From an uncultured Ignavibacteria bacterium (GTDB lineage Bacteria > Zixibacteria > MSB-5A5 > RBG-16-43-9), in the NCBI GenBank assembly GCA_964570765.1, contig CAZMZF010000001.1, forward strand, positions 47,626 to 111,625: 64,000 bases of DNA. The letters run 5' to 3'. The notes beneath the pieces are model-generated. The model searched no databases. It was not told where the DNA came from and was given only the letters and a program-made list of their open reading frames with translations. The position numbers were made by a program, and so were the translations under genes. Shown piece by piece: positions 30,034-40,938 of the stretch. Numbering within the stretch: position 1 is the first letter of the stretch; the number at the start of each line of letters is the position of its first letter.

Positions 30034-31511
30034 TTGCCCAGCGAAACCCAGGGGTCAAATCCTGTGGCTTTAACCATCTTGCCCTTCACTGAGGTCTTGT
30101 TCAATGATAGAATAGCTCCAGCTGTTAAAGCAATCTCTTTGAATTTATCTCCGGCTCTTTTATCTTTCCAATCTCCCATATTCTTAGGGATGAAATCGGT
30201 CTGGGTATTACCGGCAGTAAACTCAGGATGGGATAATAAATCTTTAAGATAACCTATCTGGGTTTTAATCCCTAAAATGGCATAATCGGAAAGAGCCTGA
30301 ATTGCCCTTTTCCTGGCAGATTCTCTGTTTTCGCCCCAGCAGATGAGTTTAGCCAGAATTGGGTCATAATGCATAGTTACTTCGATTCCGGAATATAGCC
30401 CTGAGTCATTCCTGATTCCGGGTCCGGAAGGTTCTTTAACAAACAGGATTTTTCCGAAAGAGGGGAGGAAATCATTTTCCGGGTCTTCGGCATAGATCCT
30501 GCATTCGATCGCATGTCCTCTTTGTGAAAGATCCTCCTGCTTGAAAGAAAGTTTTTCACCACTTGCAATTTTTATCTGAGTTTTAACTAAATCCACACCA
30601 GTTACCATTTCAGTAATAGGGTGCTCCACCTGAATGCGTGCATTGACCTCCAGGAAATAGTATTTTCCATTCTCATCTAAGAGAAACTCGACTGTGCCAG
30701 CATTATTATATTTTGCAGTCTGGATTACTTTCACTGCTGTTTTACCCATCTCAGCTCGAAGTTCAGGAGTTAAAGCAGTTGAGGGAGTCTCCTCAATAAT
30801 CTTTTGATGTCTTCTCTGGATGGAACATTCCCTTTCAAAAAGATGAGCTGCATTTCCATAATTATCCGCCAAGATTTGAAACTCGATATGCCTGGGTCTT
30901 TCAATACATTTCTCCAGATAAACCGACTCATCTCCAAAAGCAGACTTTGCCTCTCTCATCCCGGCTTCAATTGAGGATTTTAAATCTTCTTTAGAGCGGA
31001 TAATCCTCATCCCTTTTCCACCACCACCAGCAGAGGCTTTGAGCATCACCGGGTAGCCGATTCTTTCTGCCTGCTCTTCAAATTCCTTAAGATTTCCACC
31101 TTTCATTCTCATCCCGGGGATTATAGGGATTTTCGCCTGGGTCATTGTTTTTCGAGATTCAATTTTATCTCCAACTAATCTTAATGCCTCTGAATTGGGA
31201 CCGATGAAAATGATTTTCTCATCTTCACATCTTTTGGAAAAAAGGTAGTTTTCAGCCAAAAAGCCATAACCCGGATGAATTCCTTCTACTTTAGTCTTTT
31301 TAGTTACCTCGATGATTTTGTCTATATTTAAGTAACTTTCTAAAGGAGGAGCAGGACCTAATAGATAAGCTTCATCTGCTAATTGAACATGTAGAGCTTT
31401 TTTATCCACCTCAGAATATACCGCTACAGTTTCAATCCCTATCTCCCTGCAAGCCCGGATAATCCGAACTGCAATCTCCCCCCGGTTAGCTATTAGTATT
31501 TTTTTGAACAT
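30015..31511 (-). CDS. Biotin carboxylase (second set; methylcrotonyl-CoA carboxylase alpha-like but lacking a fused BCCP)
   Basis: MFKKILIANRGEIAVRIIRAC N-terminus and the ATP-grasp fold pattern. Confidence 0.9.
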   Translation of the reverse strand: MFKKILIANRGEIAVRIIRACREIGIETVAVYSEVDKKALHVQLADEAYLLGPAPPLESYLNIDKIIEVTKKTKVEGIHPGYGFLAENYLFSKRCEDEKIIFIGPNSEALRLVGDKIESRKTMTQAKIPIIPGMRMKGGNLKEFEEQAERIGYPVMLKASAGGGGKGMRIIRSKEDLKSSIEAGMREAKSAFGDESVYLEKCIERPRHIEFQILADNYGNAAHLFERECSIQRRHQKIIEETPSTALTPELRAEMGKTAVKVIQTAKYNNAGTVEFLLDENGKYYFLEVNARIQVEHPITEMVTGVDLVKTQIKIASGEKLSFKQEDLSQRGHAIECRIYAEDPENDFLPSFGKILFVKEPSGPGIRNDSGLYSGIEVTMHYDPILAKLICWGENRESARKRAIQALSDYAILGIKTQIGYLKDLLSHPEFTAGNTQTDFIPKNMGDWKDKRAGDKFKEIALTAGAILSLNKTSVKGKMVKATGFDPWVSLGKWEIGG

Positions 31512-31561
31512 ATCTGACCTGAAACGATTTGAACTCTATATTAAGTTCTCGAAAAAAAGAG

Positions 31562-32314
31562 TTATATTTTTACATTATATTGTTTAAGGTATTGGTCTTT
31601 AAATTTTAGAAGCTGTTTTCCTAACTTTTCTTTTTCATATGTGAGCTTACTAAAAGCCTCCTCACATTTATTAATTAACTCTTCTTTTATTAAGAAAGTT
31701 TTCTTAAAAATTGTTTTAAGAAGATCTAATGACATCCCAAGAAATCTAGTAAAAAGATACATTGTTAGTGTAGCATCTTTCTCTTGGTAAACAATCCCGT
31801 ATGGCAAAAGATCCATTTCTTGTGATGCGGAAAACACAGCAATAATATTAAGGGTTGCCCCATGTGAGAACCTACAGAGATTTTGATAGTCAGTGTACCC
31901 TTCATTGAAATTAGTATCTTTGAACCTTTTACTGACAGGAAACTTTCTCGCAAATTTCTCTGGGTCTGTAATTACAGAATCAATGTATTGTTGATTTCTT
32001 GAAAAGAAAATAATGTTTGCTATTGACTCCAACCAAGGTCTCAACAAAGACATGGCATCAAAATAAAATCCTGTTTTAATTAAATTATAGATTGCTTTAA
32101 CAGAGTAGAAATTACGATAAAATTGTATAAAGGAATAATTTTCAAATTTAGATGTACTTTTGTTGATTTCTTCCATCAATATCTTTAGAAGCTCTGAGTA
32201 GATATTCATTGCATCTTTATGAATATTCAAACTTTCAGAGAAATTCTCTTCGGTTTGGTTAATTACTTCATTTTCTTGGAAGATCAAGTCATCATAATTT
32301 ATTAACTCAAGCAT
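31562..32314 (-). CDS. Hypothetical protein (very AT-rich ORF inside the carboxylase operon)
   Basis: 250 aa with no recognisable motif. Its GC looks clearly lower than the flanking genes. Confidence 0.4.
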   Translation of the reverse strand: MLELINYDDLIFQENEVINQTEENFSESLNIHKDAMNIYSELLKILMEEINKSTSKFENYSFIQFYRNFYSVKAIYNLIKTGFYFDAMSLLRPWLESIANIIFFSRNQQYIDSVITDPEKFARKFPVSKRFKDTNFNEGYTDYQNLCRFSHGATLNIIAVFSASQEMDLLPYGIVYQEKDATLTMYLFTRFLGMSLDLLKTIFKKTFLIKEELINKCEEAFSKLTYEKEKLGKQLLKFKDQYLKQYNVKI

Positions 32315-32407
32315 TTTTTAAGTCCTTTAAAGAACGATCCTTCGTTGCCACAGGAGTCGTAACGCTACGATTTTTTCCCCTTTGAACCTTTGAACTTTTA
32401 AACTGTT

Positions 32408-33196
32408 TTATTGACTCCACTTCGGTTTTCGTTTCTCCAGAAAAGCGTTCATCCCTTCCTGTCCTTCTTCGCTGACTCTCATCTCAGCTATGACTTCAGC
32501 GGTATATCTTTTAAATTCTTCAGGTTTCATCCCTGGAACTTTCTGCAATAAATCTTTGCACATAGCTAAAGCTTTAGGACCTGAGGAAAAGAGCTGTTTT
32601 ATCCTTTCGTTTACTGCTTCATCTAACTTATCTTCTGTAACTACCTGGTTTGCCATACCGAATTGTAAAGCCTTTTGAGCATCTATCCTTTCGCCGGTTA
32701 AAAATAATTCCTTGGCTACTCTTTCACCAACTCTCCGCAATACATAGGGGGAGATACAGGCGGGGACTAAACCTAATTTTACCTCGGATAAGCTGAACTT
32801 AGCCTTTTCTGAGGCAATAACTATGTCACAGACCGCTACCAGTCCTGCTCCACCTCCAATAGCCGCACCATTTACCCTGGCGATAGTTGGCTGAGGAAGG
32901 GTGTACATCAAATAGAAAAGCTCTGCCAACTGCAGAGACTCGTTCAAATTCTCTTCATATGAATAATTGATTACTCTTTTCATCCAGTTCAAATCCGCAC
33001 CCGCACAGAAGGATTGACCGATTCCAGTAAGGACTGCAATTCTGATTTTTTCATCAGTAGAAATATTCTTGAAAACCTCAGACAGCTCTAAAATCATAAC
33101 GTCATTAAAGGCATTATGAACCTCTGGACGGTTCAAAAAAATTCTGGCGATTCGATTTTCGATTTTAAAAGCTATGGTCTGATATTCTAAAGACAT
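32408..33196 (-). CDS. Enoyl-CoA hydratase (methylglutaconyl-CoA hydratase-like)
   Basis: Crotonase fold (ARVNGAAIGGGAGLV) in an MCC-type operon. Confidence 0.8.
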   Translation of the reverse strand: MSLEYQTIAFKIENRIARIFLNRPEVHNAFNDVMILELSEVFKNISTDEKIRIAVLTGIGQSFCAGADLNWMKRVINYSYEENLNESLQLAELFYLMYTLPQPTIARVNGAAIGGGAGLVAVCDIVIASEKAKFSLSEVKLGLVPACISPYVLRRVGERVAKELFLTGERIDAQKALQFGMANQVVTEDKLDEAVNERIKQLFSSGPKALAMCKDLLQKVPGMKPEEFKRYTAEVIAEMRVSEEGQEGMNAFLEKRKPKWSQ

Positions 33197-33292
33197 CTTT
33201 ATTATCCTTTGTCATTCTGAGGAAGTCCCACCAAAGGTGGGACGACTGAAGAATCTATAGATTCTTCGCCCTGCGGTCTCAGATATATTATT

Positions 33293-34900
33293 TTACATCC
33301 TGAAAATCCCATATTTAGTCTCAGGGACAGGGGTATTAAGTGCCATAGAGATTCCTAAAGCTAATGCAGTTCTGGTCTCTACAGGATCGACTATCCCATC
33401 ATCCCATATTCGAGCGGTGCTATAATAGGGGCTGGATTCCTCTTCATATTTTTTCAAAATCGGCTCTTTGAATTTCTCCTGCTCCTCCTCGGTCATCTTA
33501 ATCCCTTTAGCTTCTAAGGATCTCATCCTTACAGTCAATAAGACATTAGCGGCCTGGTCTCCTCCCATAACGCAGATCTTGGCATTGGGCCACATCCATA
33601 AAAGACGAGGGTTATATGCTCGACCACACATTCCATAATTTCCAGCACCATAAGAGCCACCCACAATCACCGTGAACTTGGGCACATCTGCATTGGCTAC
33701 TGCATGCACCATCTTAGCTCCATCTTTGGCAATTCCTCCATGCTCATACTGCTTGCCGACAATAAACCCGGTGATATTCTGCAGGAATATCAAAGGGATT
33801 TTTCTCATAGTGCAAAGGGTGATAAAATGTGCGGCTTTAACTGAGCTTTCAGAAAAAAGAACGCCATTGTTAGCTAAGATTCCTACTGGATAGCCCATTA
33901 TCCTGGCAAAGCCTGTGACTATGGTTGGTCCATAAAGCTCCTTGAACTCCTGGAATTTGCTTCCATCCACTATGCGGGCGATAATCTCCCTCTGGTCATA
34001 AGGCTTTCTTATATCCCTGGGAATAATCCCATAGATTTCCTTTGGGTCATAATAGGGTTCTTCAGGTTCCTTTGTATCCAACTCAAATCTTTTAGGTGGG
34101 TCTAAATTCTCGATTATATTTCTGGTGATCTCTATGGCATGTTCATCGTTTAAAGCATAATGGTCAGCCACACCTGAGATTCGGCAGTGAACATCTGCTC
34201 CGCCTAATTCCTCATCTGTAACTTCCTCACCGGTTGCGGCTTTAACCAGAGGTGGACCTCCGATGAAAATCGTTCCCCGTTTTCTTACTATAACTGCCTC
34301 ATCGCTCATCGCCGGGACATAAGCTCCACCTGCAGTGCAAGAGCCTAAGACCACTGCTATCTGGGGAATCCCTAAAGCTGAAAGACGAGCTTGATTATAG
34401 AAAATTTTGCCAAAATGGTCTTTATCTGGAAATGTTCCAGATTGATAGGGCAGAAAAATTCCACCTGAATCGACTAAGTAAACGCAGGGGAGACGATTCT
34501 GTTCTGCGATTTCCTGGGCTCTAACATGTTTTTTTATGGTCATCGGGAAATAGGTTCCGCCTTTAACTGTGGCATCATTTGCCACAATCAGAACCTCTCT
34601 TCCGTGAACCACACCCACACCCGTGATTATTCCCGCACCCGGAGGCTCTTCCTCATACATCTTGTAAGCGGCTAAATGGGAGAACTCTAAGAAAGGGGTG
34701 TTTTTATCGAAAATAAGATTCAGTCTTTCCCTGGGTAAAAGCTTTCCTCTGGCTTTATGTCTTTCCTTATCCTTGGCAGAGCCACCTTCCTTAATCTTGC
34801 CTAAAACCTCCTTATACTCATCCACCACCCTTTGCATTGCCTCGGAATTGGCTTTGTATTCTAAGGAGCCTGTATCGATTTTAGATTCTATGCGGAACAT
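33293..34900 (-). CDS. Methylcrotonyl-CoA carboxylase beta-like carboxyltransferase
   Basis: 535 aa. N-terminus ...[15 protein letters not shown] is typical of the MCCB/PCCB carboxyltransferase family. Confidence 0.85.
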   Translation of the reverse strand: MFRIESKIDTGSLEYKANSEAMQRVVDEYKEVLGKIKEGGSAKDKERHKARGKLLPRERLNLIFDKNTPFLEFSHLAAYKMYEEEPPGAGIITGVGVVHGREVLIVANDATVKGGTYFPMTIKKHVRAQEIAEQNRLPCVYLVDSGGIFLPYQSGTFPDKDHFGKIFYNQARLSALGIPQIAVVLGSCTAGGAYVPAMSDEAVIVRKRGTIFIGGPPLVKAATGEEVTDEELGGADVHCRISGVADHYALNDEHAIEITRNIIENLDPPKRFELDTKEPEEPYYDPKEIYGIIPRDIRKPYDQREIIARIVDGSKFQEFKELYGPTIVTGFARIMGYPVGILANNGVLFSESSVKAAHFITLCTMRKIPLIFLQNITGFIVGKQYEHGGIAKDGAKMVHAVANADVPKFTVIVGGSYGAGNYGMCGRAYNPRLLWMWPNAKICVMGGDQAANVLLTVRMRSLEAKGIKMTEEEQEKFKEPILKKYEEESSPYYSTARIWDDGIVDPVETRTALALGISMALNTPVPETKYGIFRM

Positions 34901-35239
34901 TTTGTATTTCCTTGTTTATCGTAGTGCGACTCTTTCAGGGTCGTGTAGCAGAGGTTTTAGATCTCTGCCGAGCCCTGAAGGCTCGGCTACGCGTCTATTT
35001 TCATGGTTGGGCTACCCAACACATTATACGGCCTGTCCCGAAGGACGACCAAGGTGTAAACGGGCCTGCACGACCATTTTTTCAACATAAGTTTTTTGTG
35101 CGGTAGAATAGACATTCTTGTCTGTTCTTTTATTTGTCAGACAGGAACGTCTGACGTTACGTCTTGTCATTCTGAGGGAGCGTAGCGACCGAAGAATCTG
35201 AAGACTCTTCGCTTTCGCTCAGAGTGACAGTAAAAATAA

Positions 35240-35629
35240 TTACACCGGCACGCACTTATAACCGTAGCATATAATCCCGGCTTCGCCTTCCTGAAAGATT
35301 TTCCGGAACTCGATTCTCAACGGCATCCCGATCTCTAATTTGTCAAAGTCGCAATCTGCTACCTGGGATAAAATCTTTACCCCATCATTTAGTTCCACAA
35401 TTCCCATAGCATAAGGCGTCTGGTCTGTGAATTGACTGGGTGCTACCCGGATTACAGTATAGGTAAGAAGCTTACCTTCTTTTTGTAATTTAATCTTCTC
35501 GAATTCTCTGGATTTACAACCATCGCAGATTAATCTTGGCGGAAAGAATATCTTACCGCATTTTTTGCATTTCCCAGCCTCTAATCTATATCTCTGAGGG
35601 ATTTCCCTCCAGTATTTTGGCGATGACAT
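35240..35629 (-). CDS. DUF35 protein with OB-fold and zinc-ribbon (thiolase/HMG-CoA synthase partner)
   Basis: CKKCGKIFFPPRLICDGC Zn-ribbon followed by an OB-like segment. Its stop abuts the thiolase gene upstream. Confidence 0.75.
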   Translation of the reverse strand: MSSPKYWREIPQRYRLEAGKCKKCGKIFFPPRLICDGCKSREFEKIKLQKEGKLLTYTVIRVAPSQFTDQTPYAMGIVELNDGVKILSQVADCDFDKLEIGMPLRIEFRKIFQEGEAGIICYGYKCVPV

Positions 35630-36786
35630 TATACCACCTCCACTATATGAACAATGCTACTTCCTCCGCTTCCTCCCATATTCTGGGTTAACCCTACCTT
35701 AGCATTTTTGACCTGTCTTTCACCAGCATCACCCCTGAGCTGTTTTACGATCTCGATTGCCTGGGCAACTCCGGTTGCTCCTACTGGATGTCCTTTTGAT
35801 TTTAGTCCACCGGAAGTATTAACCGGTATCTTTCCACCGAGAGTGGTTAACCCGTGCTCAGTTTCAGGACCACCTTTCCCTTTTTCCACAAAACCTAATG
35901 CCTCGATCACGCATATCTCCGCAATGGTAAAGCAGTCGTGAACCTCTGCTAAATCTATCTCTTCTGGTCTTTTGCCGGACATATCATAAGCAATTTTTGC
36001 GGCTCGCTCAGTAGATTTAATCTCAGTTAAATCATTCCGGCTGTGAAGGGCAATGGTATCAGTTGAATGACCCGACCCTATGATTTTAACAATGGGCTTG
36101 TTGGATATCTTCTTAGCTAAATCCAGGGGCACTAAAATTACTACGGCGGCTCCATCAGTTATTGGAGAGCAGTCTAAAATCCTTAACGGGTCTGCCACCA
36201 TGACCGAGTCCAGAACCTCTTCTAAAGTTATTTTCTGAGGATATTGAGCTAAGGGGTTCATTGAGCCGTGATAATGGTTTTTTACAGCGACCTGGGCAAG
36301 TTGTTTTCTCGTGGTTCCATATTTCTGCATATGGGCACGCGCCATCAAAGCATAAAGTCCAGGGAAAGTTATTCCTTGATAAACCTCATATTCCTGGTCT
36401 GCGGCAGTGGAGAGGGCAAAAGTAGCGCCAGCTACTGAAACATCGGTCATTTTCTCCACACCACCTACTAAGACTATATCGTTTAATCCTGAGGCAACTT
36501 CAATAAATCCGGTTCTTAAAGCCAATCCTCCGGAAGCACACGCAGACTCAACCCTGGTTGCTGGAATTGGCCCCATTCCTAAATAATCAGACAAAAGGGA
36601 AGAGAGGTGCTCCTGATCCACAAAAAGACCTGAGGACATACAGCCAACATACATAGAGTCGATATGGTCAACACCCGCATCTTCAATCGCCAATAATGCG
36701 GCTTCAGTGAAGATATCCCTTAAAGATTTTTCCCATAACTCCCCCCATTTATTCATTCCTACACCGATTATGGCTACGTCTCTCAT
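35629..36786 (-). CDS. Archaeal-type acetyl-CoA C-acetyltransferase (thiolase)
   Basis: 385 aa. Catalytic Cys region VESACASGG and the HDCF motif. Confidence 0.85.
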   Translation of the reverse strand: MRDVAIIGVGMNKWGELWEKSLRDIFTEAALLAIEDAGVDHIDSMYVGCMSSGLFVDQEHLSSLLSDYLGMGPIPATRVESACASGGLALRTGFIEVASGLNDIVLVGGVEKMTDVSVAGATFALSTAADQEYEVYQGITFPGLYALMARAHMQKYGTTRKQLAQVAVKNHYHGSMNPLAQYPQKITLEEVLDSVMVADPLRILDCSPITDGAAVVILVPLDLAKKISNKPIVKIIGSGHSTDTIALHSRNDLTEIKSTERAAKIAYDMSGKRPEEIDLAEVHDCFTIAEICVIEALGFVEKGKGGPETEHGLTTLGGKIPVNTSGGLKSKGHPVGATGVAQAIEIVKQLRGDAGERQVKNAKVGLTQNMGGSGGSSIVHIVEVV

Positions 36787-36794
36787 TTTCCCTC

Positions 36795-37841
36795 CTATTC
36801 TCCCTTCCTGATTTTTCCACGGTATTTAGCATAAGTTCCGTATTCCACGTAGAATTTATTATTATTTAACATCTCTCTGGTTTTAATTGCTTTGTCCCTG
36901 ACCTGATTTATCCTCTCGGTTACCCTCCAGACAAAAGCATCACTACCAGCACCTGAACCATAAGAAACCATAAAGATTAAATCATCAGGCTTAGCTTCAT
37001 CCAGGATGGCAGTTAATCCCATTGGGGATGAACCTGAATAGGTGTTTCCTAATTTGGGGCACAAAAGACCGGTTTCCATCTGTTTTTTTTCAAATCCTAA
37101 GAGCTTACCTACCTTCACAGGAAATTTTCCATTGGGCTGGTGAAAAACTGCATATTGAAAATCATTAGGCTTCATTTTTACTTTCTCTAACAGACCTTTT
37201 CCTGCACCCAGGATATGTTTGAAATAAGCCGGGTCACCGGTAAATCTGGAGGCATGTCTGGGATAGAATTGATACTCTCTTCTCCAGAAATCCGGGGTAT
37301 CGGTCATATAGGAATAGCTATCAACTGCCTCAGCGATAATATTGTTCTTGCCCATAATGAAAGCCGCAGCTCCTGCAGCTGCAGTATATTCTAAGGCATC
37401 CCCGGGTGCTCCCTGAGAAGTGTCTGCTCCAATTGCCAAGCCATATTCGATAGAGCCGGATCCGACCAAACCGAGGCAGACGAACATCGCCTCAGACCCA
37501 GCCTTGCAGGCGAACTCAAAGTCTGCGCAGTGAACGTCTGGAGTAGCTCCGATTGCCTCTCCTACAACTGTTCCGCTCGGTTTTACTGCATAAGGATGTG
37601 ATTCTGAGCCCACATAGACTGCTCCAATTTTTTTAGGATCGATCTGCGCTCTTTTCAAAGCACTTAAAGCGGCTTCGACTGACATAGTGATAGTGTCCTG
37701 ATCTGGAGCTGGTACAGATTTTTCTTCCACGTTAAGCCCCTTCTTATAGGCTTGTGCATCAGCACCCCAGACCTTGGCGATCTCTTCCACCTTTATCCTG
37801 TGTCTGGGGATGTAAGCCCCGTATCCTGTGATTCCAACCAT
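36795..37841 (-). CDS. Hydroxymethylglutaryl-CoA synthase (archaeal-type)
   Basis: 348 aa. Catalytic GADTS..., CKAGSEAM and HQPNGKF motifs typical of HMGCS. Confidence 0.85.
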   Translation of the reverse strand: MVGITGYGAYIPRHRIKVEEIAKVWGADAQAYKKGLNVEEKSVPAPDQDTITMSVEAALSALKRAQIDPKKIGAVYVGSESHPYAVKPSGTVVGEAIGATPDVHCADFEFACKAGSEAMFVCLGLVGSGSIEYGLAIGADTSQGAPGDALEYTAAAGAAAFIMGKNNIIAEAVDSYSYMTDTPDFWRREYQFYPRHASRFTGDPAYFKHILGAGKGLLEKVKMKPNDFQYAVFHQPNGKFPVKVGKLLGFEKKQMETGLLCPKLGNTYSGSSPMGLTAILDEAKPDDLIFMVSYGSGAGSDAFVWRVTERINQVRDKAIKTREMLNNNKFYVEYGTYAKYRGKIRKGE

Positions 37842-38279
37842 AGATTACCCTCGCTTTCTTTTTATTTTCAAAAGGAAAAGTATTATACTAAATAGATATG
37901 GAAAAAGTCAAGATTTTTTGACAGAATATTTTTTTAAAGTTTTAGGGATCCAGTTTTGGAGAAAGCACAGGTGACTTTCTAGGTAGAGACGCATTGCCAT
38001 GCGTCTCTACTTCTTTCGTAAAACTCATCTTGACATGGAAGACGGTTTCTCTCCTACAGGAAAGGGGATAGTTGAAAGCTGTAGGGGTGAAGTTACCTCG
38101 TCCCTACAAAAAATATTTAATTTTAATGTTCTTTGTCCGAGTTTGTCATCAAGACCCAAAATCGGGGATCCATAGGATTGGTATCCTCACCAAGAAGAAA
38201 AAATCGTTGGTCGGGAGACCAACGATTAGCAAAGGGCGTATGGCAATACGCCCCTACGATCTATTCGATATCTGATATT

Positions 38280-38678
38280 TTATTCCTGAGGAACCCTTTT
38301 GTCTTCTTCTAAGGCGATGGTTAGAAGACTGCGGGTGAATTCTATTTCCTGTTTGATCCGGGTAAGCTCACCTTTTAAGTCGATTTCTTCTTCTTTTTGT
38401 TCCTGAAATTTCAAAAGTTTTGATTCCAGCCGGGAGAGCCTCTGGTCGAAATTCTCCAAGACTTCCTTGAGCTCTAAAAACTCTTTCTTCAGGTCAAACA
38501 GGTCTTCTTTTATGATCTTGCCTGAAGAATCCAGATTTTGTAAACTGGTTTTTAGCTCAGAGAGTTTTTCAGAGACTTTTTGCAGTTCTTTTTCCAAGGA
38601 TACGCCTACCCTTTCGATGGCTTCCCCTACCTCTTCGATATCCTGTTTTTCTAAACTCATCTCGTTTTCTTTGTTCAT
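38280..38678 (-). CDS. Coiled-coil protein
   Basis: Heptad-rich, E/K/L-rich 132-aa ORF. Confidence 0.4.
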   Translation of the reverse strand: MNKENEMSLEKQDIEEVGEAIERVGVSLEKELQKVSEKLSELKTSLQNLDSSGKIIKEDLFDLKKEFLELKEVLENFDQRLSRLESKLLKFQEQKEEEIDLKGELTRIKQEIEFTRSLLTIALEEDKRVPQE

Positions 38679-38808
38679 TATTTAATTTCTTAGTTTACAT
38701 ATCTACTTTAAGGACAGAACAGTGTTCTGTCCCTACAATCCCCACCTTGTGGGCAAGGTGGGTCTACCAGTTTTTTTGGACAGAATCCACTTGAGATGGG
38801 TCCTGTCC

Positions 38809-39708
38809 CTACAATTCTTGCACAGAGCCCAGTTTCTCGGATGACCCATTCTGGATTGCAGTTTTCAAAATATGCTTTGCCTCAGCAAATCTTCTTTTGT
38901 TGGAGGAAGCGCCTAAAATTACCACGCAGAGTTTTTCTTTTACATTGTTAAGCATTACTGCCAGGCACCAGCCGGATTTACCTATGAAGCCGGTCTTTCC
39001 ACCCAGGATATCAAAATCTTCTCTAAGCAAACGGTTGCTGTTGCCAAGCTGATGGAACCTTTTTCTTTTATTCACCGAGTAAAACTTATATTGCTTAGTA
39101 GTGGTGATCTGTGAGATGAGCGGGTCAGTTAAAGCCATCTTCAGAAGTTTTGCAGTTTCCCAGGCAGTGGAGATGTTATCAGCATTCAAGCCGGTTGGAT
39201 CAGCGAATTGAGTGTTTCCCAGACCTAAGGAGTCAGCTTTCAAGTTCATTCTTTCCACAAATTCCCCCTCTCTCATCCCGGTAGCTCTCACTAAGGCTCG
39301 TGTAGCCCGATTATCTGAAGACATTAAACTGGCGTGCAAGAGATCAATCAGATAAAAAGTCTCTCCCGGACGCAGGCGGGACTTGGCAGAAGCTCTGGCA
39401 TCATCCCGGGTGATACTTATAGTATCGAAAAGGTCAATCCCTGATTCCAGAAGTACCATAGCGGTCATCAATTTGGTCAAGCTGGCAATGGAGCGAACAT
39501 CTTCGCTGTTCATATCGTAAAGCACGGTCTCATTGTCAAGATCCAGAACTAGAGCGGATTTGGCAGTTAGTTTGAATTCTTTCTTCTTTTTGGAAGTTTT
39601 GGTTTTGCTGTAGGCAGGGCTGGTTGAGGAAAAGAGAAATCCTGAAAGAAGGATTAGACTTAAAAGATATATCCCCCACTTAATATTCCAGTCTTTAAAA
39701 TTTCGCAT
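38809..39708 (-). CDS. D-alanyl-D-alanine carboxypeptidase (peptidase S11, serine type)
   Basis: SLTKLMT (SxxK) motif, SDN-like SSDN motif, KTG motif. Signal peptide. Confidence 0.75.
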   Translation of the reverse strand: MRNFKDWNIKWGIYLLSLILLSGFLFSSTSPAYSKTKTSKKKKEFKLTAKSALVLDLDNETVLYDMNSEDVRSIASLTKLMTAMVLLESGIDLFDTISITRDDARASAKSRLRPGETFYLIDLLHASLMSSDNRATRALVRATGMREGEFVERMNLKADSLGLGNTQFADPTGLNADNISTAWETAKLLKMALTDPLISQITTTKQYKFYSVNKRKRFHQLGNSNRLLREDFDILGGKTGFIGKSGWCLAVMLNNVKEKLCVVILGASSNKRRFAEAKHILKTAIQNGSSEKLGSVQEL

Positions 39709-39842
39709 CTTTTTCTCCTTTTCTCTTTCTTACCTGTTGAAACCTGACCTTTCCACAGTTCGGGCAAATCCATTTCCTCTGTTTATGAAAAGGTCTTCTC
39801 TCCTCCTGCATCTTGTTTTTACATCTGGGACAATACATTAGT

Positions 39843-40922
39843 TCATTTATTTACACCAGTTTTTACCTTTAAATATTCAAGAGCTTTTAAAAATCTTGAA
39901 GACCCAAACCTGACCGGGTCAGTAGTTGGCAGATTAGTTTCGTCTTCAGTTTTCTCTATCTCATGCCTGGCTTCTTTTTCATTCAAATTTGAGGTGTTCA
40001 GAGCTATGCCTATCATCTTAGATGGTTTCAAAGGTCTGGCTATTTCCTCGTGCAATCTAATATATTCGGATAATGAAGGCAAAAGCAAATCGTAATTATT
40101 GAATTTTTTCTTACCTGGAAAATGACATAAGACCATCGCATCTGGTAATGAGCCATGCAGAAGAGCTAAGGATACTCCGGAATAACCTGGATGGAGAATG
40201 GTTCCCTGTCCTTCCACTAATAGAAGGTCATAGGACTTAGATTTCTGGATCAAAAAATCCTCTATTGCTCCAGCCATAAAATCACCTTTGATAGCATCTA
40301 TGGGAACCCCTTCTCCGGTAATTATCATTCCGGTCTGGCCGGTTGCCACAAAGCAGGGGTTCCAGCCGAACTTTTCTGCCTCTTTTGTCATCTCAAAAGC
40401 GGTAATCATCTTGCCTGACCGGCAATCGGTGCCCACGGTTAAAACTACTTTCGATTTAATCTTCTCCGGTTTATAATCTGCAACTTTGTTATAATTTTTT
40501 GCCTCTCTTAAATCCCAGATTTTAGCCTTCCTGAAATTTGCCAGGGTAGCCAGTTCCGGGTCTTCATTTAACATATCGTGCAATCCATTGAGAATATTTA
40601 GCCCATTTTCAAGTGCAGAGACGATTTCTTTTCTCCACTCCAAAGGTAATTTCCCACCCCGGGGAGCGATACCGATTAAGAGTGAATCTGGTTTATAAGG
40701 CAGGGAGCTTAAAACATCCTTAACCACGGGGATTTTCCCACCCAGACCTAAAATCTCCTGAGCAGTTTTACCTGCCCGGGTCGAATCTATAACCGCCGCC
40801 ACATTCTCCGGCTTATACCTGATTAATCCATAAGCCGTCTTCGCCTCCAGTGCCGTAAAACACCCCTCCGCTAAAATTACGATCCTTCTTTTCCCCTCTC
40901 CCCCTCCCTCTACTAAAAACAT
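39843..40922 (-). CDS. DUF1611-family protein (tentative). Rossmann-like N-terminus
   Basis: The start is placed at MFLVEGGGEGKRR, which has a GGAGG Shine-Dalgarno sequence 4 nt upstream. The ATG lies 16 nt after the stop of the PAPS-reductase-like gene. The family assignment is from memory of the pattern only. Confidence 0.45.
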   Translation of the reverse strand: MFLVEGGGEGKRRIVILAEGCFTALEAKTAYGLIRYKPENVAAVIDSTRAGKTAQEILGLGGKIPVVKDVLSSLPYKPDSLLIGIAPRGGKLPLEWRKEIVSALENGLNILNGLHDMLNEDPELATLANFRKAKIWDLREAKNYNKVADYKPEKIKSKVVLTVGTDCRSGKMITAFEMTKEAEKFGWNPCFVATGQTGMIITGEGVPIDAIKGDFMAGAIEDFLIQKSKSYDLLLVEGQGTILHPGYSGVSLALLHGSLPDAMVLCHFPGKKKFNNYDLLLPSLSEYIRLHEEIARPLKPSKMIGIALNTSNLNEKEARHEIEKTEDETNLPTTDPVRFGSSRFLKALEYLKVKTGVNK

Positions 40923-40938
40923 CTTACCTCCGTGTAGT

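Noticed and set aside
38072-38275. 67-aa + strand ORF
   Set aside because: It lies within the REP-rich intergenic region between the HMGCS and coiled-coil genes. It overlaps GTAGGGG...CCCTAC palindromes.
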